Of a DNA stretch of 64,000 bases, positions 49,835 to 59,254 are shown one piece after another. The notes beneath the pieces were generated by a model. That model did no database searches. It saw only the letters and a list, made by a program, of their open reading frames with translations, and was not told the origin of the DNA. This stretch comes from Patescibacteria group bacterium (lineage in GTDB: Bacteria; Patescibacteriota; Microgenomatia; Levybacterales; UBA12049). The position numbers and the translations under genes are program-made. The stretch is taken from contig BPJB01000001.1 of the NCBI GenBank assembly GCA_026004395.1, forward strand, positions 263,343-327,342. Direction: 5' to 3'. Position 1 is the first letter of the stretch; each line of letters starts with the position of its first letter.

Positions 49835-50867
49835 ACCATTCGTCTTCAATTGCTGAAACATATCCGTAGAATCCATCTTTACCTTCAAATATATATATTG
49901 GGATTAGATATTGCTGTTTTTCACTACCTAAATAGTATCCTAAAAAGACATTTTTGATAACTATTTCATTAGATGTACCATAATAAGCAGCAATTGATCC
50001 TTTACCCGATTGTAGTTCTTTGAAAGCCTGCTCTACTAATTTAAGAGGATAGGTTGCGCTTTGATTACTAATAGTTTGATGATAAAACTGTCCTTCTACT
50101 ATTTCACCTCTTGAATCTGTTCCACCAATTAGAAAGTACATGGTTGAGAAAGGAGGCTTAGGATAGAATATTGGCATTCGATCAATATTTTTTTGAAAAA
50201 AATCTACTCTGATTAATTGTGTAGTAGAAAGGCTGGTAGCAGGAAAAAGAGTTGAGTTTTGAAGTGTTAGAAGTTGAGTTGTTGTTTTGGAAAGATCAAT
50301 GTCTTCTGGTAAAAGATCCATTGATTTAAGTGTTGATTCCGCTAAGTTTATTGCTTCTTGTGGAGTAATCGTATTTCCTTTGAAAAGGAAAGGTGTTCGC
50401 AGATAATCAGAGGTAATTGAAAAATCGCTAGAAACAATATTAAAAGTAATTTTCCTTTTAAAGATAGAAGAATCTCTCCAAGAATAGACAGTATCAGAAA
50501 TTATTTTTTCATCTGCAGTGAAATTAATTTTTTGAGCACGTAATCTGGTAATTTCAAGATTAAGTAGGTTTGGTTGTTTGGGAATAATTGCATATACTTT
50601 CGCCATGTTCGGGAAATATCCGAGATTGCCGCTAACAGTATCAATAGTATAGGTGAATTTGTTTGATACAACACTTTTGGGGAGAGACACGCGAGGTAAT
50701 TTTCCAAAAGCAACATTTGGAGGTGTAGGCGGTTTTGGGAAAAATACTTTATAAAGCGATATTCCTCCACGGATTAAAAATAGAATGACAAGAATTCCTC
50801 CGATGAGTATAGCACTCCATTTAAAGGTATTTTTAACAAGTTGAGTAGCTTTATATAACGTGAGCAT
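49803..50867 (-). CDS. Hypothetical exported protein
   Basis: From the internal start MLTLYK..., a TM/signal helix (WSAILIGGILVILFLI) is followed by about 320 aa with no recognisable motif. The ORF-track start (50972) would overlap gltX. Confidence 0.5.
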   Translation of the reverse strand: MLTLYKATQLVKNTFKWSAILIGGILVILFLIRGGISLYKVFFPKPPTPPNVAFGKLPRVSLPKSVVSNKFTYTIDTVSGNLGYFPNMAKVYAIIPKQPNLLNLEITRLRAQKINFTADEKIISDTVYSWRDSSIFKRKITFNIVSSDFSITSDYLRTPFLFKGNTITPQEAINLAESTLKSMDLLPEDIDLSKTTTQLLTLQNSTLFPATSLSTTQLIRVDFFQKNIDRMPIFYPKPPFSTMYFLIGGTDSRGEIVEGQFYHQTISNQSATYPLKLVEQAFKELQSGKGSIAAYYGTSNEIVIKNVFLGYYLGSEKQQYLIPIYIFEGKDGFYGYVSAIEDEWFSDDKTQTLE

Positions 50868-50912
50868 ATATTGAGTATAAGTAACAGTTGATGTAGAATG
50901 CAAGGTAAGTAT

Positions 50913-52310
50913 ATGACTTTTGCAAATGCAAGAACACGTATAGCCCCCTCTCCTACTGGAGAAGATATTCATATAGGTAATCTTTATACAGCACTTATCA
51001 ATTTCGCTGTTGCTAAAAAATATAAAGGTTCATTTATTGTCAGAATTGAGGATACTGATAGAGAGAGATACAAGGAAGGAGCAGAGGGAAAAATACTCTC
51101 CTCGTTAAAAGCATATGGTCTTGACTATGATGAGGGTCCTGATAAAGGAGGTCCTTTTGGACCCTATCGTCAGTCAGAGCGTCTTAATCTTTACCAACAA
51201 TATGCCAAAGAGCTTGTACAAAAAGGAGCCGCCTATTACTGTTTTTGTTCGAAACAGCGACTTGAAGAATTAAGAAGAGAGCAGATAAAGAAGAAAGAGA
51301 TGCCACGATATGATAAATATTGTCTATATCATGTAAAGAATGCACAAAGTAGGATTGAAGCAGGAGAATCTTATGTGATACGGCTAAATGTGCAATCTGG
51401 AAGAACAATAAGTTTTAAAGATGTTATTCGTGGAGAAATAAAGATTGAATCTGAACAGATTGATGACCAGATCCTCTTAAAATCTGACGGTTTTCCTACA
51501 TATCATCTTGGGGTAGTTGTAGATGATCATCTTATGAAGATAAGCCATGTTATTCGCGCAGAGGAATGGATCTCCTCAACACCCAAACATATTCTTCTCT
51601 ATGAAGCTTTTGGATGGGAGATGCCTATTTTTGCGCATTTACCCATATTGAGAAATCCAGATAGAAGCAAACTTTCAAAAAGGAAAAATCCAGTGTGGGC
51701 ATCATGGTATTTAGAGCAAGGTTATCTTCCTGAGGCAGTATTAAATTTTCTTGCTTTGATGGGTTGGAGTCATCCAGAAGGTAAAGAGATATTTACGTTG
51801 AATGAATTTATCCAAACATTTGAGTTGGAGGATGTTAAGTCTGTTGGACCCATTTTTGATATTGTAAAACTCACTTGGATGAATCAACAGTATATACAAA
51901 ATTTGGGTGATGAAGAGTTAATCCAAAGGTTAAAAAAGTTTTTATCACAATCGAATATAAGCGATGCTTTACTGCGAAAGCTACTTCCTTTGACAAAAAC
52001 CCGCATGGAGACTCTTAGAGATTTTTATAAACTCACTTCTCATTTTTTTATTGAGCCAAATGTTAAAGCGCGCTCAGACAAAGAAAAAGTTATTGCTGAA
52101 GATCTCAAAGCTGCACTGACAAATGTTGATTTGTGGACAACAGACAATATACTCTTAGCTCTAAAAGAGATTCTTAAAAAGCACCAGATAAGAATGCCAA
52201 TCATCTATTATATTTTTACAGGAGAGGAGAAAGGACTTCCTCTTCCAGAATCACTTGAGATTCTTGGAAGAGAAAAAACCCTTCTACGGCTTGAGAGGTT
52301 TATAAAATGA
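50913..52310 (+). CDS. gltX: Glutamate--tRNA ligase
   Basis: Class I signatures RIAPSPTGEDIHIGN (HIGH) and KLSKRK (KMSKS). The start MTFANARTRIAPSPTG is preferred. Confidence 0.9.
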   Translation: MTFANARTRIAPSPTGEDIHIGNLYTALINFAVAKKYKGSFIVRIEDTDRERYKEGAEGKILSSLKAYGLDYDEGPDKGGPFGPYRQSERLNLYQQYAKELVQKGAAYYCFCSKQRLEELRREQIKKKEMPRYDKYCLYHVKNAQSRIEAGESYVIRLNVQSGRTISFKDVIRGEIKIESEQIDDQILLKSDGFPTYHLGVVVDDHLMKISHVIRAEEWISSTPKHILLYEAFGWEMPIFAHLPILRNPDRSKLSKRKNPVWASWYLEQGYLPEAVLNFLALMGWSHPEGKEIFTLNEFIQTFELEDVKSVGPIFDIVKLTWMNQQYIQNLGDEELIQRLKKFLSQSNISDALLRKLLPLTKTRMETLRDFYKLTSHFFIEPNVKARSDKEKVIAEDLKAALTNVDLWTTDNILLALKEILKKHQIRMPIIYYIFTGEEKGLPLPESLEILGREKTLLRLERFIK

Positions 52311-52909
52311 TAGATTTTTTTGCTAAATTTATTTCATTCATTTTTAATCCTTATTTTCTTCTTCTTCCCATACCTTATCTTCTTGTAGTGAGAGAAACAG
52401 GTGATCCTATTTATGCGCTAAAATGGACTTTCCTTTCTCTTTTCTTTGTTTTTGTGGTTATACTTTTTGTACTCTACGCAATTCGTAAAGGATACTTTTC
52501 CGATCTTGATGTCTCAAAAAGAGAACAGAGATTTCTTTGGTTTCTTTTTGTTGGGATTGTTGGAGTATTTTATCTTTTATCATTAATTTTTTTTGAAGGT
52601 CCTGTTGTACTTTGGATAGTTGCAGCTGGTATTCTATTTAGTGTTGTTGTATTTTCTATACTTAATTTACGAATAAAGGCAAGTTTACATGTTGCAGCAA
52701 TTTCTTCTTTGATATTTGCGATGAGTATTCTTTATGGTGGAGTATTTTTGTTATTATTATTTTTGATTCCACTAATTGGTTGGTCTCGTATTAGAATCAA
52801 GCGACATACATTATATGAAACGATTGTCGGAGCTATAACAGGGATCGCAATTACTTTACTTTTTTACATAATTTTTAAAGTAATGATGGGAATATCGGTA
52901 TCTTTATGA
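52307..52909 (+). CDS. PAP2-superfamily-like membrane phosphatase (tentative)
   Basis: 6-TM protein with degenerate PAP2 motifs (SLHVAA; SRIRIKRHTLYE). It overlaps both gltX and dgkA. Confidence 0.45.
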   Translation: MIDFFAKFISFIFNPYFLLLPIPYLLVVRETGDPIYALKWTFLSLFFVFVVILFVLYAIRKGYFSDLDVSKREQRFLWFLFVGIVGVFYLLSLIFFEGPVVLWIVAAGILFSVVVFSILNLRIKASLHVAAISSLIFAMSILYGGVFLLLLFLIPLIGWSRIRIKRHTLYETIVGAITGIAITLLFYIIFKVMMGISVSL

Positions 52910-53277
52910 TTAAACACAGGACTCTTATCAATTCATTTCATTATGCAATTCAAGGAATAGGTTATGCATTAAAAGAAGATCAGAATTTGCGTATTCATTT
53001 CCTTGTTGCACTTTGTGTGATTGCTGCCAGTATCTATTTCAAAGTCAATGCATTTGAAATGGGAATCTTGGGAATTATGATTTTACTCGTCATTGCAACA
53101 GAAATGATTAACACAGCGATTGAAAATATGGTTGATCTAATTACAAAAGAATATCGAATGGAAGCAAAAATTGCAAAAGACGTAGCATCAGGAATGGTTT
53201 TAATCACATCTTTGGGGGCTGCAATAGTTGGATTGCTTATTTTCCTCCCTTATATCATTCGTTATTTCTTCAGTTAA
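52906..53277 (+). CDS. dgkA: Diacylglycerol/undecaprenol kinase DgkA family
   Basis: HRTLINSFHYAIQGIGYAL...EMINTAIENMVDLITKEY...AKDVASGMVL matches the prokaryotic DgkA pattern. 123 aa with 3 TMs. Confidence 0.8.
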   Translation: MIKHRTLINSFHYAIQGIGYALKEDQNLRIHFLVALCVIAASIYFKVNAFEMGILGIMILLVIATEMINTAIENMVDLITKEYRMEAKIAKDVASGMVLITSLGAAIVGLLIFLPYIIRYFFS

Positions 53278-53327
53278 TGCACTAACTAGCAATTTCAGCC
53301 TGATTTCGATAAAATTAATAATACTTT

Positions 53328-53401
53328 TGCCGGATCGTCTAATGGTAGGACAACGGACTCTGAATCCGTTTATCTTGGTTCGAATCCAGGTCCGGCAGCC
53401 A
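53328..53401 (+). tRNA. tRNA-Gln (anticodon CUG)
   Basis: Cloverleaf read directly: acceptor TGCCGGA/TCCGGCA, anticodon stem ACGGA/TCCGT, loop CTCTGAA (anticodon CTG), T-arm CTTGG-TTCGAAT-CCAGG, discriminator G and an encoded CCA. 74 nt. Confidence 0.85.
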
Positions 53402-54054
53402 AGTAGGTGATGATTTTTGCAAAAAGTGATAATTAACCTTAGTTATTTTATAAATTGAATGAGGGTGGTATTAAGGATTTTAAACGTGTATGATATATTT
53501 TTACGTTTATTGACGATTGGACAGAGTCCATCAAGACGTCATAACAACATTATTCAAAAATCAAAAATATTATTGTTCAGATTTTAGTCCATCTATTCCT
53601 ATGAATATTTTAAGATCAGCAAAGAACTAAGAGGTAGGATCATCGGATAGATCTTTTTTGGAAAAGAGGGCATTGTACGTGTTTCAGGTGTAGGAATTGT
53701 AAGTGAGGTTAGACGAGTAATTTCTGAGTATCCTTGGCAAGGTTTATAGCTCTTGCTGTTTCTAAGAGTAATCCAGTTTCTAAAAGAAATTCATGTCGAT
53801 TGTGTTTTTCTTTCATAATGGAAGTGGTTTCTCTACTTTGATTTAAAACAATTTAAATAGCAATCAATGTCAAAGTATTTTTATCAACAAATTTATTTTT
53901 TTGCAATAGCAGTAGATATTAGACGGAATAGATTTCTAGTTCATTAATTATCTAACAATCGAATATACAACATTTACTGTATTAAGATAAAAATTTAATT
54001 AAGAAAGAGAGTGATTTTATTAGTGTTACTCGAAGAAATAAGGAGGTCTAAGAA

Positions 54055-54960
54055 TTAATAGAGCTTGTTCATACCTGTAATATCACCGGTATTAAGATCG
54101 CGTTTTTTTGTTTCACCTTCTGTGGCATATCCATACATAGTCTCATCTGTGCAACTTGAGTTATAAAGATCAATTAGTCCTACGCTGTGTCCTAATTCAT
54201 GCGTTGCAATATTCTCAAAATCCATTTTCCCTGCTTCACCACTTGCAGACCATTGATATGCTGTATTATAGATTTGATCCCATTCAACGATTCTTCTTTT
54301 GGATACCAAACCACTAAAATATCCCCACACAATAGTTACTGCGATTGTATTGGGATCATCAATTGGTCCAAAGTATACCTCATTGAGACCATCAGGAGCA
54401 GTTGTATCAGCAACAAGGACATTGGTTGTTAAAGAACCATCTCCCAGCACATTCAAACCTCCGTTACCTAACACTCCATCAGTCGCATCCTCCCATTTGC
54501 TTATATCTTGTGAGAGATTAGACAATACAAAATTATCTAGCAATCCGCTACCTGTGGCATTTAGCAGCCATGGCTCAACATTTTTCCATTTAGCGCCTTT
54601 AGCAAAAAATCCATAACAAGAGGTTTTACTATTTGTTAGTTTTGATTTGTGCAAGAAAGCTTGTTTAAATTTTGCTTTTTTGTGAATTATCGCATATCCT
54701 TCAACATCAAGTCCGCTTACTGGATCTTTAGCCTTGGGGATTTTATAGAGATCATCAGCAATTTTGACTGCTGTATCTGGAAGCCTAAAGGTTTGCTGCC
54801 AGTTAGTTGGCGATAAGGATGGTAATGTAGTAACTTGAGAAAGTTTCACAAAAGCAAAACTTTTTCCTACGATTAAGAGAAGCAATACTATAGCTAAATA
54901 AAGATAGGCAGGAGAACGCATCAATAATAGTAAAGTAACAAAGAAAAAACTTAAAGTCAA
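54055..54960 (-). CDS. Secreted zinc metalloprotease (metzincin-like, HExxHxxGxxD)
   Basis: N-terminal TM/signal, then ATHELGHSVGLIDLY near the C-terminus. HExxHxxGxxD is the snapalysin/M7-like variant of the zincin motif. Confidence 0.7.
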   Translation of the reverse strand: MTLSFFFVTLLLLMRSPAYLYLAIVLLLLIVGKSFAFVKLSQVTTLPSLSPTNWQQTFRLPDTAVKIADDLYKIPKAKDPVSGLDVEGYAIIHKKAKFKQAFLHKSKLTNSKTSCYGFFAKGAKWKNVEPWLLNATGSGLLDNFVLSNLSQDISKWEDATDGVLGNGGLNVLGDGSLTTNVLVADTTAPDGLNEVYFGPIDDPNTIAVTIVWGYFSGLVSKRRIVEWDQIYNTAYQWSASGEAGKMDFENIATHELGHSVGLIDLYNSSCTDETMYGYATEGETKKRDLNTGDITGMNKLY

Positions 54961-55013
54961 GATCAGAGAATAGGCTTTGAAGGTTAGTATTTATTGCTAT
55001 AGATTTACCTCTG

Positions 55014-55589
55014 TTATTGAGTATCAAAAATATTTTTTTCTATTAGATGTTCTCGAACTATTTGTTTTCTTATCTCTGCTTTTGGTAAAAGATCTTCAAT
55101 GACTTTTGCATAACGAATGGGATTGTGTATTAAATATAACTCCTCATATTTATTTCCTTTTTCATCATAAAGACTAATCGTGCCAAAGTTAAATATTTTT
55201 CCAAGCAGAGATTGTTTCACTTCAACAAGTGCAATCTTTTCTAAAAGGTATTTTTCTTCAGTCTTAAAGATTAATCCTTTCCTGTGATAAATAATAGTTT
55301 TCGTAATCTCATAATATTCATTCAACCATTGTAAGATAATGATCACAGTCAGTAGAGTTTTCAGGATTACTAATATAAGAAAAAGCGGGATATTAAATAT
55401 CCTTATCCCCATTTCTGCTAGTCTAGTTTCATCAAATTCAGATAACAACGCATGGAAGATGATGATTAATATGGCTGCGATTATTTCAAGCAATATTAAT
55501 TTTAAGAGTAGTATTGAGATACTTAAGCGGATGTTAATGTGTGTAACTTGTATTGTTCCATTATTTCTTTTATTAGTCATCAAGTACAT
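55014..55589 (-). CDS. Membrane protein with bacterial PH (bPH_2/YdbS-like) domain
   Basis: Two to three N-terminal TMs, then IIYHRKGLIFKTEEKYLLEKIALVEVKQSLLGKIFNFGTISLYD, which resembles the bPH_2 fold. Confidence 0.5.
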   Translation of the reverse strand: MYLMTNKRNNGTIQVTHINIRLSISILLLKLILLEIIAAILIIIFHALLSEFDETRLAEMGIRIFNIPLFLILVILKTLLTVIIILQWLNEYYEITKTIIYHRKGLIFKTEEKYLLEKIALVEVKQSLLGKIFNFGTISLYDEKGNKYEELYLIHNPIRYAKVIEDLLPKAEIRKQIVREHLIEKNIFDTQ

Positions 55590-55964
55590 TATACAACCTC
55601 TTTATAATTCGTAGCATATTAATGTATTATTTTGATCTACTTGACAAAGAATGACACTTGTTGTTATAAGTTCGCTAGACAAAAAAACAAATCCAGTCTA
55701 ATGGGTGAGTTGCAGGATTGCAATTGTATTTTTTAGTTATACAACAGTAAGTTTTATTCTCTGAAAGTATATAAAAATTTTCTTCTAAGCTTTTAAATTA
55801 AAACTTGGTGATAATCATTGAGTTATTAATACAATTACAACTTTTGTTAGAAGTATTATTTAGGTCATTAAATTTAACTATCTTTATGAGTATTTTGGAA
55901 GTAACTGATATTCTAAAAATTAACACTATCACTATTTAGAATAGTACTTTGGATTAAAATACCT

Positions 55965-56156
55965 ATGGGAACATTAAGATTGTCACTGATACGCAGAAGA
56001 AGAAAAAGAAAAGCAGAATTAGCGAAACTGCGTCGGCTTTTTCTAAAAGCTAAAACTCAGGAAGAGAAAGATAAAGTGTTTGAGAAAGTATTTAGAATAG
56101 CTCCTCATTTGAGCAAAGAAGATTTCTTGTTATCTGTTAAACAATCTCAAAAATAA
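55965..56156 (+). CDS. Small basic hypothetical protein (63 aa)
   Basis: Arg/Lys-rich ORF (LIRRRRKRKAELAKLRRLF...) isolated in an AT-rich intergenic region. Weak support. Confidence 0.3.
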   Translation: MGTLRLSLIRRRRKRKAELAKLRRLFLKAKTQEEKDKVFEKVFRIAPHLSKEDFLLSVKQSQK

Positions 56157-56203
56157 AGCTACATTTTAAATTGTAATTTGTTAAATAAATTAAAATTCCT
56201 AGT

Positions 56204-57061
56204 CTATCTTCTTTTTTCTACTTTTTTGCTATCTTCAGGTTCTTTTTGGTAGGGAAAAGGTATATAGTGAACAGATGGGCGTCTCACAGCAGCTTGAGGA
56301 TATTCATCCATTAGATCATAAATTTCGCGGGGTAAACCTACTTCAACAGGTAATCCTAGTTTTTTTGCCTCTTCATATTCAATTGGATAATCATGTGTCC
56401 ATTGCCCTCTTGTTAATGCATTAGCTATCAATTTTGCTTTTTCTTTTAGTACTCCATTTTCCATTAAGATGGAGATTACTGTTTCTTTTACTTGTTTAAT
56501 AGCTTTTTCTGCAATATTTGCCAGTATTAAAGTTTTATCATCCAGATTTTTCGTGGGTTTTTTCTTAATAGTATCGAGTATAGAAGCGGCGGGATATTCA
56601 CCGAGCTGAGGATCAAGAGGACCCAAAACAGCATTTTCATCCATGACAATTCTATCTCCTGCAAGTGCAATTAATGTTCCTCCTGACATAGCATAATGAG
56701 GAATGAAAACTGTTACAGGAGCTTTGTGTCTGACTAAAGCTCGCGCAATTTGTTCTGCTGCCAATACCAAACCTCCCGGTGTATGAATTATAAAATCAAT
56801 GGGTACATTTTTGGGTGTAAGACGTATTGCTCGTAATACACTTTCAGAATCTTCAATATCAATGAAACGAGAGAAAGGGATTCCTAAGAAAGAAAATATT
56901 TCTTGTCTGTGAATTAAAGCAATGACTCTGCTTTTTCTTTTTCTTTGCAGAGTATCAATTATTTTGTCTCTTCGCGCCTCAAGCCATTTGCGCTGAAGAA
57001 TCGGACTAAGAGTTGCAAAAATAAATAACAACCACAAAATATCAAATACTGTAATTTGCAT
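56204..57061 (-). CDS. Membrane-anchored ClpP-class serine protease (SDH/S49 SppA-like)
   Basis: N-terminal TM, then IHTPGGLVLAAEQIA...YAMSGGTLIALAGDRIVM, a ClpP/crotonase-fold serine protease pattern. Confidence 0.7.
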   Translation of the reverse strand: MQITVFDILWLLFIFATLSPILQRKWLEARRDKIIDTLQRKRKSRVIALIHRQEIFSFLGIPFSRFIDIEDSESVLRAIRLTPKNVPIDFIIHTPGGLVLAAEQIARALVRHKAPVTVFIPHYAMSGGTLIALAGDRIVMDENAVLGPLDPQLGEYPAASILDTIKKKPTKNLDDKTLILANIAEKAIKQVKETVISILMENGVLKEKAKLIANALTRGQWTHDYPIEYEEAKKLGLPVEVGLPREIYDLMDEYPQAAVRRPSVHYIPFPYQKEPEDSKKVEKRR

Positions 57062-57101
57062 AATATGATTATATACCTATTGGTGATGAACATCAAAAAT
57101 T

Positions 57102-57245
57102 ATATTATTTATTTTTCTTCTGTATCTGTTGCCAAAGCCAGATACCCAACAGTATTGCATCTATTAAAATAACTATCCAGAAAAGTGATACGAATATTCC
57201 AAATCCTCCCCAGTTCATCATACCACCATTCCAATATCCCATCAT
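57102..57245 (-). CDS. Small hydrophobic peptide (47 aa), tentative
   Basis: Minus-strand translation MMGYWNGGMMNWGGFGIFVSLFWIVILIDAILLGIWLWQQIQKKNK. It starts immediately after the stop of the upstream 269-aa gene (TAA-ATG-ATG). Coordinates are ±1 nt. Under the ORF-track threshold. Confidence 0.3.
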
Positions 57246-58055
57246 TTAAGATTCACCTCCCTTCTTAATTTTTTCTTGCTCAATTTGCTCTGCAATTTTT
57301 TTGCTTTTCAAAAAAACTGTGTTAAGAGGTATATTGAGTTCAGTAGCAAATTGTCCAAGCACCATTTTTTGTAAATGGGTTGGTAAGTGAGATTTCATTT
57401 TCTGAAATATTTCTCTATGCCCTCCCAAGATAATAAAATGTATATTTTTGTCTTTTACAAAATCATCGATTACTTCAGCAATAAATTGAAGATGGCGATG
57501 AAGATGATCCTCGATATGACGAAAAATTTTATCACTTCTTCCATAGTAGTGTTCTTCATTTGCTCTTACTTTTTGCGGAACATTTCCATTAAATACGTCT
57601 TTATGTTCTTCTATCTCTCCCAAATGAACAGTAAAAATCCGTGCTTTTTTATGATCAACAAGGAGCACTAGATATTTTGTATATGTATCTAAAGCTTCGA
57701 GTATTGGTTTAAGATATGGAGCGTGTAAGATAACGCAAAGTGGCGGAAGATAAAACTCAAAATCAAGTACTTCGAATAACTTTTCTCCGGCTGAGAAAAA
57801 AACAATGCTTCTTTTGCCTCGACTGTCATATTGTTCTTTAAGAAAACTTATGATGCGATCAATATCTTTTTTAAATGCTTTTTGTTCATCTTTGGTAAGA
57901 GACTGGTGGATAAGAGAATGGAATTGGGAAACAACAACATTTGTATGAAATGTTTTCTTCTCAGCAGTGCCTAAATAAACTGAAAGAACTGGATAGGGTA
58001 AATTCATCAGTTTTTGTAATTGTTTAATTTTTACAGTTATGTTTGTCTTAGTCAT
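57246..58055 (-). CDS. Hypothetical 269-aa protein (possible eRF1/Pelota-like fold; unverified)
   Basis: No motif I can assign with confidence. Its position directly downstream of the HPF-PCMT fusion gene, with a 4-nt overlap, suggests co-transcription. Confidence 0.5.
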   Translation of the reverse strand: MTKTNITVKIKQLQKLMNLPYPVLSVYLGTAEKKTFHTNVVVSQFHSLIHQSLTKDEQKAFKKDIDRIISFLKEQYDSRGKRSIVFFSAGEKLFEVLDFEFYLPPLCVILHAPYLKPILEALDTYTKYLVLLVDHKKARIFTVHLGEIEEHKDVFNGNVPQKVRANEEHYYGRSDKIFRHIEDHLHRHLQFIAEVIDDFVKDKNIHFIILGGHREIFQKMKSHLPTHLQKMVLGQFATELNIPLNTVFLKSKKIAEQIEQEKIKKGGES

Positions 58056-59149
58056 ATGACTCCATTCACGCTTTTTAGTTTTCTTGTCTCTATAATGGGA
58101 GTTATTTGTACAGACTTAAGTTTATGAAGATAAATTCTTCCATTTCTTTTTACTCCTGAGATAAGTTTTTGATCCCAAATATTCTTACCTAGTGGTACAA
58201 CAATTCTTCCTCCTTCCTTAAGTTGTTGAATCCAGGTTTGTGGAATATGGGGAACAGCCGCATCTACAACAATCGCATCAAAGGGTGCGAACTGCGTAAG
58301 TCCGTCAAGACCATTACCAGTAATTACATGCACATTTGTATAGCCTAATTTAGTTAGAGTATTTGTTGCCTTTTTAGCAAGTGCTGGGAGAATCTCTATT
58401 GTATAAACTTCCTTGGCAAGATGTGATAAAACAGCGCTCATGTATCCTGTTCCTGTTCCTATATCTAATACTTTTTCTGTTCCTTTTAGTTTTAGCGCTT
58501 GCACCATCAAACCGATAAGAGAGGGCTGGCTTATTACTTGACCAGCGCGTGTGGGTAGAGTGATATCCAGATACGCTTCATCTTTATATTTTGACGGTAC
58601 GAAAAGATGTCGTGGTACAGTCTCCAGAGCATGCAAAACTCTCTTATCCACTACACCTAAAGGTTTTATATACTCTTCAACTAAAATTTTTCGCAACTGT
58701 TCATCAAGTTTAGGTCGCTTTCTAATAGTCTTTTTTTTTGCTGATTCTTCAATCTTTCCCCATTTTTGAGGAGTAGTAAAGTAATCAGGATGAGTGCGTA
58801 TTGATGCGTGAGAATAGTATTCACTATCACTTTTGAGATGTTTGCCTCTATATTCTTCTAATTTTTTATCTATTCGATCAAAAACTTCTTCAATGAGAGC
58901 TTCAGGAGATTCCCATCCTTCACATCTAGCATATAGTGGTTTGTAAGGCAATCCCAGTAGGATATCACTATCATAAAATCCATTTCTTCTATGCATATTA
59001 ATATTAAATCGTAGCAAAACAGGATCTGTATTAGTAAAAGGAATGCGTTTTGCGATTTGTTTGACTCTTCTCTCGATAAGATGAAGCCATTTATCCGAGA
59101 GAGAACAATTTTTAGCAGTAATTGTGTAAATCATAGATGACAAAAACAA
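58052..59149 (-). CDS. Fusion protein: ribosome hibernation factor (HPF/RaiA, S30AE) domain + protein-L-isoaspartate O-methyltransferase (PCMT)
   Basis: N-terminal ~100 aa match HPF (IYTITAKNCSLSDKWLHLIERRVKQIAKR...LRFNINMHRRNGFYDSDILLGLPYKPLYARCEGWESPEALIEEVFDRIDKKLEEYRGKH). C-terminal ~200 aa match PCMT (GQVISQPSLIGLMVQAL...VLDIGTGTGYMSAVLSHLA...EGGRIVVPLG). Confidence 0.75.
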   Translation of the reverse strand: MFLSSMIYTITAKNCSLSDKWLHLIERRVKQIAKRIPFTNTDPVLLRFNINMHRRNGFYDSDILLGLPYKPLYARCEGWESPEALIEEVFDRIDKKLEEYRGKHLKSDSEYYSHASIRTHPDYFTTPQKWGKIEESAKKKTIRKRPKLDEQLRKILVEEYIKPLGVVDKRVLHALETVPRHLFVPSKYKDEAYLDITLPTRAGQVISQPSLIGLMVQALKLKGTEKVLDIGTGTGYMSAVLSHLAKEVYTIEILPALAKKATNTLTKLGYTNVHVITGNGLDGLTQFAPFDAIVVDAAVPHIPQTWIQQLKEGGRIVVPLGKNIWDQKLISGVKRNGRIYLHKLKSVQITPIIETRKLKSVNGVI

Positions 59150-59197
59150 AATACTTCAACTGAGATTTTCTTGCAAGGATGATAATCACTAAATTTT

Positions 59198-59213
59198 TGT
59201 GATAATAGTTACA
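59198..59213 (+). promoter_or_regulatory. CRP/FNR-family binding-site candidate TGTGA-N6-TTACA upstream of the Crp-family gene
   Basis: TGTGATAATAGTTACA lies 42 bp upstream of the 59255 start. A TAAAAT -10 candidate at 59243-59248 would imply a leaderless transcript. Confidence 0.45.
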
Positions 59214-59254
59214 AATTTGAGCATTTGGACAGGAATAAATGTTAAAATACATCT

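Noticed and set aside
53228-53410. 60-aa ORF in the track
   Set aside because: It is entirely explained by the tRNA-Gln gene at 53328..53401; its translation runs through the tRNA.
53402-54054. Integrated mobile element at tRNA-Gln
   Set aside because: No integrase, transposase or recombinase gene follows, and there are no att-like duplications of the tRNA 3' end. Only a non-coding spacer follows, which is reported as a finding rather than as a mobile element.
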